Assembly: GCA_027485695.1 (NCBI GenBank)
Contig: JAIXQO010000002.1
Location: 602,006-666,005 of the forward strand
Reading direction: 5' to 3'
DNA: 64,000 nt
Origin: Pseudomonadota bacterium
Lineage (GTDB): Bacteria; Bdellovibrionota; UBA1018
Below the pieces are notes generated by a model, which was given only the letters and a program-made list of their open reading frames with translations, was not told the origin of the DNA and did not search any database. Positions 38,645 through 47,363 of this stretch are shown piece by piece (positions within the stretch are counted from its first letter, which is position 1; each line of letters starts with the position of its first letter). The translations under genes and the position numbers were made by a program.

Positions 38645-40252
38645 CTAAGAGGAACAGGAGAGCATCGAACACCCCGGAGCGGTTTTAGCCCAATCTGGCC
38701 GTTTTGTGGCCAGATCATCCATTCCCGCTTGATCTTGATACGGGGACTGCAAGACACGGTAGAGTCGATCGATTCCCGAGTAGTCTCCCGCCGTCGCCGC
38801 CTCAATTGCGCGACTTGCGAGGTAGTTTCGAAAAACATATTTCGGATTCACTGAATTCATGAGCCGGGTCCGTGATTCGGGCTGAACACCCATTTCCCTC
38901 GAACGTTTACCGTATTCCCTGAGCCAAGCGATCCAGCGCGCGCGAACCCCTCGCTCGAATTGATCTCGATCATAAAACGCGTCTAGAAGCGGGCGAACCA
39001 AATTCTCATCTTCTTGATTTTCATCGATCGACACTTGAGCAAGCGAACGAAAGAATATCGTGTAGTCGGTATCCGTTGCTTGGAGGAGCGGAAACAACTC
39101 ACCGACGAACTCTCCGTGCCCATTTTGATCTAAGGACTCGGTCCAACCGATTTTAGACGCCATCATCGAACTATAGACGTCCCCAAACGTTTTCTGAAAA
39201 ACTCCGAGGCTCTCCTCAGCACGTTTTTCACTCCCAATGAGCGGAAGCCAAGCCTCGGCTAGGCGTGTGAGGTTCCAAAACACTATTTGAGGTTGATGGG
39301 AGAATCGGTAGCGACGGCCCTCGCGATCGGTGGTGTTCGGCGTCCAGTTCGGATCATAGGGTTCCAGCCACCCATAGGGCCCGTAATCAATCGTCAGCCC
39401 GAGAGCGGACATATTGTCGGTGTTGAGAACTCCGTGCACGAATCCCACACGCATCCACCCGGTCACCAAATGCGCGGTCCGGCGCGCGATTTCATCGAGG
39501 AGCAATCCATAACGGTCTTCACCGTTCGAATCAATTTCAGGATAGTGCTCGCGAAGCAGTTCGTCGGTGAGTATACGTAAGAGTTCCGGTTCCTCATGAG
39601 CGGTGAGAATCTCGAAATTTCCAAACCGAAGAAAAGATCTCGCCACCCGGCAAACAATCGCGCCAGGTTCGGCTGCAGGGTTTCCATCATAGAACATGTC
39701 GCGAACTACCGGATCACCGGTTGCAACCAGGCTGAGTGCGCGGGTGGTGGGTATTCCTAAAAAATGCATCGCCTCGCTACAGAGGTACTCCCGGACCGAA
39801 GACCTAAGAACGGCTCGACCATCGGCACGACGGGAGTAAGGTGTGGGTCCGGCGCCTTTGAGCTGGAATTCATACGCGCCTGCGTTCGGCGTCATCCCCT
39901 CTCCCAGCGTAATCGCCCGTCCATCGCCCAACTGATCAGCCCAATGACCGAACTGATGTCCGCCGTAACGATAGGCATACGGGCGCATACCAGGCAAAAT
40001 TCGATTTCCGGCCAAAACTGAGATCGTATCCGGGGCGGTCGCGGGAGCAATCCCCAGCTCCGCTCCTAACTGACCTGACCACGCGATCAATTTCGGTGCG
40101 CTGACAGGAGTGGGATTCACTTCGGAGTGCGTGATACGGCTCACTCTTCGAGTATAGTTCTCGGACATCGGATCGCCCGGCATCCGTTCGACGAATTGCG
40201 AACGCCAAGTCAGTTCCGAAAAATCTACGGGAGCATCTGCCATGGGAGTCAC
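38645..40252 (-). CDS. selO: protein adenylyltransferase SelO (YdiU/UPF0061)
   Basis: YRYGGHQFGHWADQLGDGRAITLGE and the SelO kinase-like core. C-terminus ends …CSMLSCSS. Confidence 0.85.
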   Translation of the reverse strand: MTPMADAPVDFSELTWRSQFVERMPGDPMSENYTRRVSRITHSEVNPTPVSAPKLIAWSGQLGAELGIAPATAPDTISVLAGNRILPGMRPYAYRYGGHQFGHWADQLGDGRAITLGEGMTPNAGAYEFQLKGAGPTPYSRRADGRAVLRSSVREYLCSEAMHFLGIPTTRALSLVATGDPVVRDMFYDGNPAAEPGAIVCRVARSFLRFGNFEILTAHEEPELLRILTDELLREHYPEIDSNGEDRYGLLLDEIARRTAHLVTGWMRVGFVHGVLNTDNMSALGLTIDYGPYGWLEPYDPNWTPNTTDREGRRYRFSHQPQIVFWNLTRLAEAWLPLIGSEKRAEESLGVFQKTFGDVYSSMMASKIGWTESLDQNGHGEFVGELFPLLQATDTDYTIFFRSLAQVSIDENQEDENLVRPLLDAFYDRDQFERGVRARWIAWLREYGKRSREMGVQPESRTRLMNSVNPKYVFRNYLASRAIEAATAGDYSGIDRLYRVLQSPYQDQAGMDDLATKRPDWAKTAPGCSMLSCSS

Positions 40253-40671
40253 TTCCGATCCACGATCATCACGGTCAAACGACTCACGCAGACCAAATCG
40301 CTGGTTTCGTTTTTGATCTCAATATTCCAGACGTGAACTGTTTTACCGACTCGTATCGGAGTCACTCGACCGATCACTTGCCCCGAGCGCACAGATCTCA
40401 AATGATTCGCATTGATCTCGACGCCGACCGGCATGGTGTTAGGAGACTTCATACAGAGAAATGAGGCAATGCTACCAAGACTCTCCGCGAGCGCCACGGA
40501 CGCTCCGCCATGAAGGAGCCCGGCCGGTTGGTGGGTCCGGTGGTCGACCGGCATCGTTGCAACCAGGTAATCGTCGCCGATTTCGGTGAACACCATACCG
40601 AGGTGGTCGCACATCGTGTTTTCACACTGTTTCTGTATGGCCTCAAGTGTCGGCTTTTTTGCCCAAATCAT
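40249..40671 (-). CDS. PaaI-family hotdog thioesterase
   Basis: LLHGGASVALAESLGS motif. 140 aa. Confidence 0.75.
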   Translation of the reverse strand: MIWAKKPTLEAIQKQCENTMCDHLGMVFTEIGDDYLVATMPVDHRTHQPAGLLHGGASVALAESLGSIASFLCMKSPNTMPVGVEINANHLRSVRSGQVIGRVTPIRVGKTVHVWNIEIKNETSDLVCVSRLTVMIVDRK

Positions 40672-40755
40672 AGACCTTAGTGTCCTGGATACGGCTCAAA
40701 AGTCCATTCGAATCGAGGTTTTCTGATCAAACCGAAACCTTCAGGTAATCGGTGC

Positions 40756-42123
40756 TTGAAACACCGTCCCGGGTGTTCTAATCCTGCGACACCTATGGCG
40801 AATCGCAACTGGCTCTCCGTTGTTATCATTGGTTTCATGGTCCTCTCCGGTTGCGGTAAAAAGGCGGCTCCCTTTACCCCGATTTCCGCTAAGCCACCTC
40901 AAGCTCAAACCGAGCCCGCGCCACTCACCGCTCAAGTGAGTTGTGCGAACGATGATTGCGAATCCACGCTGGCGCTCGCTCTCACCCTAGAACCAAATGC
41001 GGGCGCAAAACCCATCGCCTGCTCGGCTACCCTCGTGGCAAATGACTTGATCGCGATTCCATCCGCTTGCCTGCCAGCGGATATTCGTGAACCGGGTAAA
41101 AGCTGCTTGAATCGCGCATTCTTCTTCTTTCCAAAAACCTCCGATGCCGATGCAGTTCGCGTCGGATGCACCCAGGTGGTCGAAGTTCGAACCACTCCTC
41201 AACTGAACGAAGCAGACTTCGCGATCGTTCGCATTTCCGATTCAGCAAAGCGATCTGCGCTCCGGCTATCCAATGATGGCTGGACCAGTTCAAGTTACAC
41301 CGTTTGGTCTCTCGAAGTGCAAGACGCTACGAAATCACCGATTCAAGCCGTCCAGAAGAAAACTTTTGGTACGCCTGCTTTCAAAACGGCGCTCACACCC
41401 ACATCCACCAAACAGGATAGCGCCGTGATGAGCCTCATCAAAACGGGCACCGAGAAATCGCTCCCCGGGGCGATCGCGCTGAATAGCGCTGGCGATGTGA
41501 TTGGAATCTTGAGAAATGCCACGGTCACTAAACTTCCTTACGACCAATTCGAGCGTGAGTTCCAGCCGCTGGCGATCGGCTCTCTGCTGGGTTGTTCGTC
41601 TACTCTGGTCGGATTGACAGCAGACTCTTGCCAAACGATTGCGACGGGTTCGATCGAGCTTTTCACCCAGTCACTGCGCGAGTCTGCTTACGAGTCGTTT
41701 TCGCCGCAGCTTCTCAAACAGTCGCAGCCGATTTTCAGTGACGAGATCAAGACACTTTTCCAGTGGAAGACTTTCGCTCAATCGTCCGTGGATTCCTCCG
41801 GTAAGAAACGTGTGTTCATCGTGCCCACGTGTTTCCAACCCGAGAAACTCTGGAGCTACAAATTCAAGCAGTTCTGGGGCGGCCTAAAAACTTCTGCAAC
41901 GGTTACCCAAGAAGTTCCGGTCTATACCGTCAGCGAAGGCTTGAACCGTTACTACCAACCCGAAGTTCGCATGGGGAATCATCACGTCTCGACGGTCAAT
42001 CTGAACATCGAGTTCAGCCCAGCAAATTTCGTCAAGACTAAGTCCTCCGAAGTCATCGTGTATACCGACTCCCGCATCAAGCCTCTCGAGAAATCCACGC
42101 TGCGCGCTTGCACGAGTCTGTAA
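40756..42123 (+). CDS. secreted hypothetical protein with degenerate trypsin-like fold
   Basis: Signal/lipobox (VLSGCG). CSATLVANDLIAIPSAC (cf. CGGSLI…LTAAHC but His absent), DFAIV (cf. DIAL), GDVIGIL (cf. GDSGGPL but Ser absent). Confidence 0.4.
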   Translation: MKHRPGCSNPATPMANRNWLSVVIIGFMVLSGCGKKAAPFTPISAKPPQAQTEPAPLTAQVSCANDDCESTLALALTLEPNAGAKPIACSATLVANDLIAIPSACLPADIREPGKSCLNRAFFFFPKTSDADAVRVGCTQVVEVRTTPQLNEADFAIVRISDSAKRSALRLSNDGWTSSSYTVWSLEVQDATKSPIQAVQKKTFGTPAFKTALTPTSTKQDSAVMSLIKTGTEKSLPGAIALNSAGDVIGILRNATVTKLPYDQFEREFQPLAIGSLLGCSSTLVGLTADSCQTIATGSIELFTQSLRESAYESFSPQLLKQSQPIFSDEIKTLFQWKTFAQSSVDSSGKKRVFIVPTCFQPEKLWSYKFKQFWGGLKTSATVTQEVPVYTVSEGLNRYYQPEVRMGNHHVSTVNLNIEFSPANFVKTKSSEVIVYTDSRIKPLEKSTLRACTSL

Positions 42124-42208
42124 GCGAATCTGGATCCCTGATTCCGACCCCAAGGTTTTTACAAAAGGCTTCTGAAAGTATTTGCGCGTCTGAAAAAGCG
42201 TGATGCGG

Positions 42209-42232
42209 TCGCGCCGACTGAGGCGCGATTTT
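42209..42232 (+). terminator. candidate rho-independent terminator after ORF 40756..42123
   Basis: Stem TCGCGCC / GGCGCGA, loop GACTGA, then TTTT. Confidence 0.4.
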
Positions 42233-42286
42233 CAGTAAGGCAGGAGCCTGGCAAGCAAATGCTTTTAGAAGCCGGCTAGAAGTCGC

Positions 42287-43585
42287 CTAAAATCCGCTCT
42301 GCTGCCCAAGCGCGATGACGATCACCGAAACGATCCCCACGCCCCAGAGCATCGGAGAGATTTCACGACGACGTCCGAAAATCGTGTAGAGCGTGACGTG
42401 GGAAATGAATCCCCAAAGGATCCCTTGCGTGATCGAGAATGTCAGCGGGATCAAAATGATCGTCAGAAAAGCAGGGATCACCTCCTCAAGTCGATCGAAC
42501 TTGAGCCGGGACACACTTCGGAACATCAATGAGCCAACGATGACCAGGACCGGCGCACAAGCGTAGGCAGGTACCATCCCCACCAGTGGCGCGATGAAGA
42601 AACACGGAAGAAAACAGAGCGCGGTGACGACCGCGGATCGTCCAGTACGTCCTCCGGCTTCGATGCCGGCGACGCTTTCGATGTAAGCGGTGCCCGGAGA
42701 GGTTCCGAATAAACTCGCTGAGAAGGTCGCAACCGCATCGACGAGCAAGCCCTCTTTCAAGCGTTTCGGATGCCCGTGTTCATCGACGAGGCCAGTCGCC
42801 TGAGAAACGCCGACAAACGTCGAGAGCGAGTCAAATAGATCCGTAAAAAAAATCGCCAAGATCGCGGGCAGAAACGCCATCTCCAGCGCCCCTCGTATAT
42901 CCATTTTGAAAAAGACGCTTTCGAAATCCGGCTTCGAGAAGAATGAGGTTGGTACCTGAATCTTACCAAACGCGAGAGCTGCCAGAGTCGCAGCCGCAAT
43001 ACCGGCCATGAACGCAAATGGGCTCTTACGTTCATGAAGTACGATGATGACCAGAAATCCTAAACCAGCAAATGCAGCCTCGGCGCCCAAATGTCCGAAC
43101 TTAACGAAGGTGGCAGGATCTGCAACGACGAGGCCCGCGTTCTTGAGCCCAATAAACGTGAGAAATAGCCCGATACCGGTAGCGGCTGCCGTACGTAGTT
43201 GATCGGGAATCGCTCGCACCAGAGACGCTCGAACCGGTGTGACGGAAGTCAGGATAAAAAGTACACCCGCCCAGAACACCATTCCGAGCGCAATCTGCCA
43301 CGGGATCTGATGCCCCAGAATGAGAGAGAAAGTGAAAAACGCGTTGATCCCCATCCCGGGAGCGACCCCGAACGGGAGTTTCGCGTAGAGTCCCATCAAT
43401 AGAGTCATCGAACTCGCGAGAAGAACTGTTGCGGTCATGACGCCTGAGAACGCCATCCCCGTGCCTTCGGTCGCCAAGATCGACGGGTTCACGACGAGGA
43501 TGTACGCCATCGTGAGAAAAGTCGTTACGCCGCCCAACAGATCTTTTTTAAGTGAATCGCTCTGCATATGAGCCGATTGTGACAT
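42287..43585 (-). CDS. NCS2-family nucleobase permease (AzgA/PbuG-like adenine/guanine/hypoxanthine)
   Basis: LLGGVTTFLTMAYILVVNPSILA N-terminal signature. About 12 TM. Confidence 0.8.
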   Translation of the reverse strand: MSQSAHMQSDSLKKDLLGGVTTFLTMAYILVVNPSILATEGTGMAFSGVMTATVLLASSMTLLMGLYAKLPFGVAPGMGINAFFTFSLILGHQIPWQIALGMVFWAGVLFILTSVTPVRASLVRAIPDQLRTAAATGIGLFLTFIGLKNAGLVVADPATFVKFGHLGAEAAFAGLGFLVIIVLHERKSPFAFMAGIAAATLAALAFGKIQVPTSFFSKPDFESVFFKMDIRGALEMAFLPAILAIFFTDLFDSLSTFVGVSQATGLVDEHGHPKRLKEGLLVDAVATFSASLFGTSPGTAYIESVAGIEAGGRTGRSAVVTALCFLPCFFIAPLVGMVPAYACAPVLVIVGSLMFRSVSRLKFDRLEEVIPAFLTIILIPLTFSITQGILWGFISHVTLYTIFGRRREISPMLWGVGIVSVIVIALGQQSGF

Positions 43586-43624
43586 GAAACGAGCCGCGTG
43601 ATCGACAGATTCTTTGGTCGAAAA

Positions 43625-44773
43625 TCAATCGGTCGATAGGATCGCTGTTTCGCAGCTTTTTTCCGTGAGAGGAGTAGAGCGCGGCCCACGAAAACATCGG
43701 AACGCATTCAGTCTGTGCTCAAGCGCGATCAAGATCTCCGAACCTCCGTCGACCAGAGACAAATAAGTCAGCTCTCCATCGAAACTGATGTCCCGCACTG
43801 TCAAGCTCCACCACTCTTGATCGCGTCTCGCCGTAAAATCAGCCCAACCTAAAAAGAATTTCTTCCGGTCAGCCCGAAACAATTGGAGGATTTTTTCGCG
43901 CGCCGGAGCCGACAAACTTAAAATACGGCGTAGGAACGAGAACGACGACCATTGCTTGCGGTATTCGAGGTCCGTCAATAACAGGTACCCCTGGTTCGGG
44001 AGCACATCCCGCGAAACGCTGGCAAAATGGCGCGTATCGAGGATCATCCCGCGCTTCTTAAGCACCGGATCCGGGTCATTCGAGATCAACTCCATCTGAG
44101 CGCGAATGGAATCAGCCACAGGAAAAAGGGTCAACTCCGCGCGAGTCAGGGCCGAGGAGTCATCGAGCGCGAGCTTGAGTACCCGGATCGTCTCCAGATA
44201 TTCGATGTACACATAGTCGACCAAACTCACGAGCAGTCCGCGATGACGGCGCGGCATCTGATCAAAAATATTGTTACCCGGCTGGGTGATCACTCGAGTT
44301 TGCGGAAACACTTCAGGAAAATAGCGCGCGAAAGGATACTGATGGTAGAACCCCGAGTGCACGACGTGACGATTCTCTCGTCCCGATGCACAAGTCGCAA
44401 AATCAGTAACCGACGGTGAATTATTCAAACGAATATCTACGGCACTCGCGTCCCCTGCAAGAGCCTGAAACACTGGTGTCTCGAGAGATGAAGCTATTTG
44501 CTCCGAGCAAAACCGCGTTGGCGCTCTTTTTGCGTCGAATGCGGCAAAAAGCTGCGCATAGATCGGAAAAGTCGACTCAGACTCTAAATGACTCTCGCCC
44601 GTTGAGAGGTACGCTCTCTGGAGTGCTCCGTGCGTTTCTATTTCCCGGAGCAGCTCGGGAAACTTCTTGGCTACGACTGAACGATCCACTTGTTCAAAAA
44701 ACCCCACCGCTCCGTAAGACGGAGCGATCGAGGAAACTAAAATCGCCGTAATTCCAAATAGCCATTTTTTCAT
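43625..44773 (-). CDS. secreted hypothetical protein
   Basis: 382 aa, signal peptide MKKWLFGITAILVSSIAPSYGA. Confidence 0.45.
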   Translation of the reverse strand: MKKWLFGITAILVSSIAPSYGAVGFFEQVDRSVVAKKFPELLREIETHGALQRAYLSTGESHLESESTFPIYAQLFAAFDAKRAPTRFCSEQIASSLETPVFQALAGDASAVDIRLNNSPSVTDFATCASGRENRHVVHSGFYHQYPFARYFPEVFPQTRVITQPGNNIFDQMPRRHRGLLVSLVDYVYIEYLETIRVLKLALDDSSALTRAELTLFPVADSIRAQMELISNDPDPVLKKRGMILDTRHFASVSRDVLPNQGYLLLTDLEYRKQWSSFSFLRRILSLSAPAREKILQLFRADRKKFFLGWADFTARRDQEWWSLTVRDISFDGELTYLSLVDGGSEILIALEHRLNAFRCFRGPRSTPLTEKSCETAILSTD

Positions 44774-44797
44774 CGATCCCCCCCGGAATCAGAAAAA

Positions 44798-45628
44798 TTA
44801 GAACGAATAGCCGAGCTGAACTTTAAATAGGGCGAAAGTGGGAACCTTGCGGATCAGATCGAACACGTCATTGACGTCGTCGCGCTTGGCTCCATTGGTA
44901 TTCGTCGTGAGATAAGGCGCGTCGGCTTGAATCGTTTTCAGTGGAATCGCGATCGTGAACCAGTCGACTCCAATTCCCCAACCGCTCTTGAATTGCCATC
45001 GGTTTCCGATGCCGCCTACGATCCCCCAAGTACGGATCTGCACGAGGTCGATGCCTTGGATCGGAGAATTCGGGACGAGAGCCAAGTAGGTGTTCCCGAG
45101 TCGCGCTTTGAACGTGTGATAGAATGCGCCGGCGAAAAAATGGAAACTATTGCGAGTCGAATACGATCGATAGAGGAGCGAGAGTTTCTGCTCGATCATT
45201 TCTCCGATATCAATGACGAAGAACTTGAGCGGGATCGAACCGCGCATGTACTCGAGTTCCCAGGTCGATTCGACCGAGGAATTGAACGAAACGCTGGCGC
45301 CGTACTTAGAAGGAATCCAGGTTTCGACGGGCGAGTATTTTCCAGAAAGCGTCCACTTGGATTTAGCGCGGTACATACGCGTTTCATCCAGTGTATTCGA
45401 AACGGTCTCGGCTGCTTCTTTGCCCCCTTGAAAAACGTCATTGCCGTATCCGCGAACGCGGTCTAGGAGCGAAGGTGACCCACTTGCAGGAGCCGTGGAT
45501 TCAGCATTTTCAGACGGCTCGGTGGTTTCGACCTCCGACTGAGTTTCCGTTTCCGAGCGAGCTTCGACACCACCTAAAAACAAACAGGCTACCACAGCAG
45601 GTAGCCACCAAAGACGTTTCTTGAACAT
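44798..45628 (-). CDS. outer-membrane beta-barrel hypothetical protein
   Basis: Signal peptide, acidic linker, alternating-hydrophobic strands, C-terminal …LGYSF (terminal Phe). Confidence 0.5.
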   Translation of the reverse strand: MFKKRLWWLPAVVACLFLGGVEARSETETQSEVETTEPSENAESTAPASGSPSLLDRVRGYGNDVFQGGKEAAETVSNTLDETRMYRAKSKWTLSGKYSPVETWIPSKYGASVSFNSSVESTWELEYMRGSIPLKFFVIDIGEMIEQKLSLLYRSYSTRNSFHFFAGAFYHTFKARLGNTYLALVPNSPIQGIDLVQIRTWGIVGGIGNRWQFKSGWGIGVDWFTIAIPLKTIQADAPYLTTNTNGAKRDDVNDVFDLIRKVPTFALFKVQLGYSF

Positions 45629-45667
45629 CGTAAAAAACTATCTCAAGAGAGTGGAACCCCCAAGCTG

Positions 45668-45707
45668 TTTCTACTGCGCGATGCTTCGTAGCTGGGCGCA
45701 GTAGAAA
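45668..45707. repeat. 12-bp perfect inverted repeat TTTCTACTGCGC…GCGCAGTAGAAA (16-nt loop) between OMP gene start and pirin stop
   Basis: Read directly. Candidate terminator for pirin gene (minus) or protein-binding site. Confidence 0.45.
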
Positions 45708-45723
45708 TACAACACCTGATCAA

Positions 45724-46599
45724 TTACGATTTCGCGGCATGCAGTCGGCCCATCTTGCCGCTTTCATAGTCCTCGAAGGCTTGGCGGATTTCCGCTTCTG
45801 TATTCATGACAAACGGACCGTAACCCACAATCGGTTCACCGAGTGGCTCGCCGCTCAAAAACAGCAAAGTCGAGTCTTCGAGCGCCTGAAAAACTAAGCG
45901 ATCGCCTTCGCGTTCAAACGCGACGAGCCGCGCCTCACCGATGGCTTCACCCGTTTCAGTTTTCACTTGTCCTTTGAGCACAAACAACGCTGTCGTCCAA
46001 CCGACCGTAGCTGGCAATTCGACGGTCGCACCTGCTCGGACTCTCAGATCCCAAACTTGCATCGGACTGAAGGTTCGCGCAGGTCCAGATTTATCCAGAT
46101 ATTTACCAGCGATGATCCGCGCAGTTCCAGCCTGATTCGGCAGCTCAACGCGCGGGATGTCGGCGTTAACGATGCCTTGGTATCCAGCCGGTGCCATCTT
46201 ATCTTTTTTCGGAAGGTTCACCCAGAGCTGGATCATTTCGAATGCGCCACCATTTTTGGCCCACTCCGTTCCATGAAACTCTTCGTGAACGATTCCCGAG
46301 GCGGCGGTCATCCACTGCACATCGCCCGGACCGATTTTTCCGCCGCCCCCGGAGGAATCCCGGTGCTCGACTTCGCCTGAATAGACGATGGTCACGGTCT
46401 CAAAACCTCGATGCGGATGTGCTCCGACACCTCGACGGTGCGTCGTCGGCGGAAACACCACCGGACCCGCGTAGTCCATCAGCAAAAAAGGCGAGAGTTC
46501 GTGTGCGGCATCATTGTAGGAGAAAATCCCGCGAACGGGAAATCCGTCTCCTACCCAGTGTCGATTCGGGCTATGACGGGTAAATGCGACTTTTTTCAT
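45724..46599 (-). CDS. pirin family protein
   Basis: HPHRGFETVTIVYSGEVEHRDS cupin metal site. 291 aa. Confidence 0.85.
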   Translation of the reverse strand: MKKVAFTRHSPNRHWVGDGFPVRGIFSYNDAAHELSPFLLMDYAGPVVFPPTTHRRGVGAHPHRGFETVTIVYSGEVEHRDSSGGGGKIGPGDVQWMTAASGIVHEEFHGTEWAKNGGAFEMIQLWVNLPKKDKMAPAGYQGIVNADIPRVELPNQAGTARIIAGKYLDKSGPARTFSPMQVWDLRVRAGATVELPATVGWTTALFVLKGQVKTETGEAIGEARLVAFEREGDRLVFQALEDSTLLFLSGEPLGEPIVGYGPFVMNTEAEIRQAFEDYESGKMGRLHAAKS

Positions 46600-46685
46600 A
46601 AAGGTGTTCTCCTGAATCCATCTTGAAACCTTCTCTAAGAATAGTCCAAATCAGGCCCTCTGATTAGATCGTGAAATCCGAATAG

Positions 46686-46707
46686 ATTATGCACCCATTT
46701 GCATAAT
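46686..46707. promoter_or_regulatory. 8-6-8 inverted repeat ATTATGCA-cccatt-TGCATAAT in divergent pirin/SRPBCC promoter region
   Basis: Read directly. Operator-like dyad. Confidence 0.4.
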
Positions 46708-46768
46708 GAATTTAATTGCGCCAAGCCCCACTCACCCAGTTAGATAGAGAGCAATCGGAGATGATGAG

Positions 46769-47311
46769 ATGGCTTGGAAAATCGTGGGTGCGATCGTATT
46801 TCTTTTCGCGTTTTCTATCGGCGTTGCGTGGACGGTGCCCAGTGTTGTTCATGTCGAACGCTCATTCCCTGCGCCAGTGAGTCAGGTTTGGAAAACCTGG
46901 ACGGATTCGGAATCCATGAAAAACTGGTGGAGCCCCAAAGACTACACCGCTCCCGTGATTGAGAGCGATTTCCGAGTCGATGGCAAATTCCTCTACGCCA
47001 TGAAATCACCGAGCGGCACGATGCATTGGAATGCCGGTCGCTATACGGTCATCGAACCTGAGAAAAAAATTGTGAGCTTGATGAGTTTTTCCGATGAAAA
47101 CGGGAAAATCCTCACCGGTTCCGCGATCCCAGTTCCAGGAACCTGGCCGGACGAAATCCAGGTCACCGCTGAATTCACCAGTGACGCTCAAAAAACCACC
47201 ATCAAAATCAAAGAATCGGGCATACCGCTCTTGATGAGCCTATTCGCAAAAATGGGCTGGGAGCAGCAATTCGACAAGCTTGAGCGACTCTTAGGCGTTC
47301 CACAGTCGTGA
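46769..47311 (+). CDS. SRPBCC (AHSA1/Aha1-like) domain protein with N-terminal TM
   Basis: WKTWTDSESMKNWW…WNAGRYTVIEPEKKIVSLMSF typical AHSA1 fold signature. Confidence 0.65.
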   Translation: MAWKIVGAIVFLFAFSIGVAWTVPSVVHVERSFPAPVSQVWKTWTDSESMKNWWSPKDYTAPVIESDFRVDGKFLYAMKSPSGTMHWNAGRYTVIEPEKKIVSLMSFSDENGKILTGSAIPVPGTWPDEIQVTAEFTSDAQKTTIKIKESGIPLLMSLFAKMGWEQQFDKLERLLGVPQS

Positions 47312-47363
47312 TCAACTAGACTGTTTTGACCGGTGAACACGAACGCTGATAGACTCCTCGACC

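Noticed and set aside
38645-40252. Possible selenocysteine (in-frame TGA) in SelO
   Set aside because: Codon-by-codon reading of the 3' end gives TGT/TCC/TCT then TAG. There is no in-frame TGA, so the terminal residue is Cys.
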